This document shows positions 63,138 through 64,000 of a stretch of 64,000 nucleotides of DNA, piece after piece. Numbering within the stretch: position 1 is the first letter of the stretch; the number at the start of each line of letters is the position of its first letter. Origin of the DNA: Alphaproteobacteria bacterium (GTDB lineage Bacteria; Pseudomonadota; Alphaproteobacteria; UBA828); contig CBDCGS010000007.1 in NCBI GenBank assembly GCA_965216915.1, positions 21,378-85,377 on the forward strand, given 5' to 3'. Both the position numbers and the translations under genes were made by a program. A model generated the notes under the pieces. That model ran no database searches. It was not told where the DNA came from and was given only the letters and a program-made list of their open reading frames with translations.

Positions 63138-64000
63138 CTAGAAGTGGCGGTAGCCCTGCTCGGCAAAGGGAATCGCCCGGCCCGCGGCGTCCAGGACGGT
63201 CACACCCGCGCCCCGCTCGACCAGGCCAACGCGCGCGATGGGGGTCGCTGTGCGCGTGGCCAGTTCCGCGATAGTCGCGCGCTGCTCGCGCGGTGCAGAA
63301 AATGCGAGTTCATAGTCGTCGCCACCGGTCAACAGATGTGGGTGCAGCGCAGGGTCTGCGGCGAGCGCGTTGCGCGCGGCATCCGACAGGGGGATCGCGT
63401 CGGCCTCGATCCGGAGGGCCACGCCTGAGGCGCGCGCCACATGGCCGAGATCTGCGATCAGGCCGTCAGACACGTCAATCGCGCTCGTCGCGATGCCGGC
63501 GAGCGCGCCGCCCACCCCAAGGCGCGGCATCGGCAGGCGGAAGCGCGCCTCGAGCGCCGCGCGGTCGTCCATGCTCAGGTCGGTGAGCGCGCCGCGCACC
63601 GCGCGGAGGCCAAGGGCGGCATCGCCGATCGTGCCGGTGACGTAGATGTCGTCTCCGGCAACGGCGCCGCTGCGGCGCAGCACGGCGCCCCGCGCGAGCT
63701 CGCCGACTGCCGTCAGGGACAGCACGGCGGGGCCGGCCGTCGTGACGGTGTCGCCGCCGCCCAAGGTCATGCCAAAGCGCGCTTGGTCGTCCGCCAAGCC
63801 GCTCACGAAATCTTCCAGCCAACTCGGCGCGAGCCCGTCGGGAAGTGCGAGCCCCAAGAAATAGGTGCGCGGTGTTGCGCCCATCGCGGCGAGATCGGAC
63901 AGATTGACGCGGATCAGGCGCTGGGCCACGGCCGCGCCTGGATCCTCAGGTAGGAAGTGCCGCCCGGCCACGATCAGGTCTTTGGTGACGGCCAGGTCGC
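63138..64000 (-). CDS. thiL: thiamine-monophosphate kinase, 5' end outside window
   Basis: ORF 63138..63971(-), with the frame open to the window edge (DLAVTKDLIVAGRHF...). NLSDLAAMGA, GGGDTV, RRSGAVAGDDIYVTG. Confidence 0.85.
   Translation of the reverse strand, partial: DLAVTKDLIVAGRHFLPEDPGAAVAQRLIRVNLSDLAAMGATPRTYFLGLALPDGLAPSWLEDFVSGLADDQARFGMTLGGGDTVTTAGPAVLSLTAVGELARGAVLRRSGAVAGDDIYVTGTIGDAALGLRAVRGALTDLSMDDRAALEARFRLPMPRLGVGGALAGIATSAIDVSDGLIADLGHVARASGVALRIEADAIPLSDAARNALAADPALHPHLLTGGDDYELAFSAPREQRATIAELATRTATPIARVGLVERGAGVTVLDAAGRAIPFAEQGYRHF

Overview
This is a high-GC chromosomal segment with alphaproteobacterial-type gene content. Typical 60-nt lines hand-count to about 65-68% GC. 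The backbone is housekeeping: purC-purS-purQ-purL-bolA-grxD, rpsD, a SpoU methyltransferase, cysS-nadE-NAPRTase-class II DAHP synthase, gor, polA, hppA, thiL (partial), two tRNAs and several ABC systems.

Several accessory or unusual patches sit within it:
1. A 6.6-kb locus lies between tRNA-Pro(UGG) and tRNA-Arg(CCG), whose 3' ends face each other. It has a low-GC / high-GC / low-GC mosaic. It encodes an orphan protein of unknown N-domain fused to a fold-type-II PLP enzyme, a small ORF with a strong SD, an 895-aa membrane-anchored protein, and a low-GC Cys-rich secreted protein. None has a function I can assign, and there is no integrase. This is my best candidate for something undescribed.
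2. An orphan ThsB-like TIR (DUF1863-type) gene follows polA, with no ThsA-type effector in the window.
3. A solitary HerA/DUF87 ATPase has no nuclease or Sir2 partner.
4. A ~106-nt structured MITE-like repeat occurs in four same-orientation copies. Its CTAR termini supply the stop codons of three genes.
5. Two relics of the same transposase 3' end (21.5 kb and 30.5 kb) bracket a block that holds a Mor-like regulator, an AT-rich tract, nucleotide-sugar genes and HerA.
6. Smaller items include a frameshifted pterin-4a-carbinolamine dehydratase, an ArfA-like micro-ORF, and an ABC ATPase pair with one degenerate signature motif.

No CRISPR array, rRNA, intact IS or prophage is visible. All family assignments rest on motif recognition by eye, not on searches.
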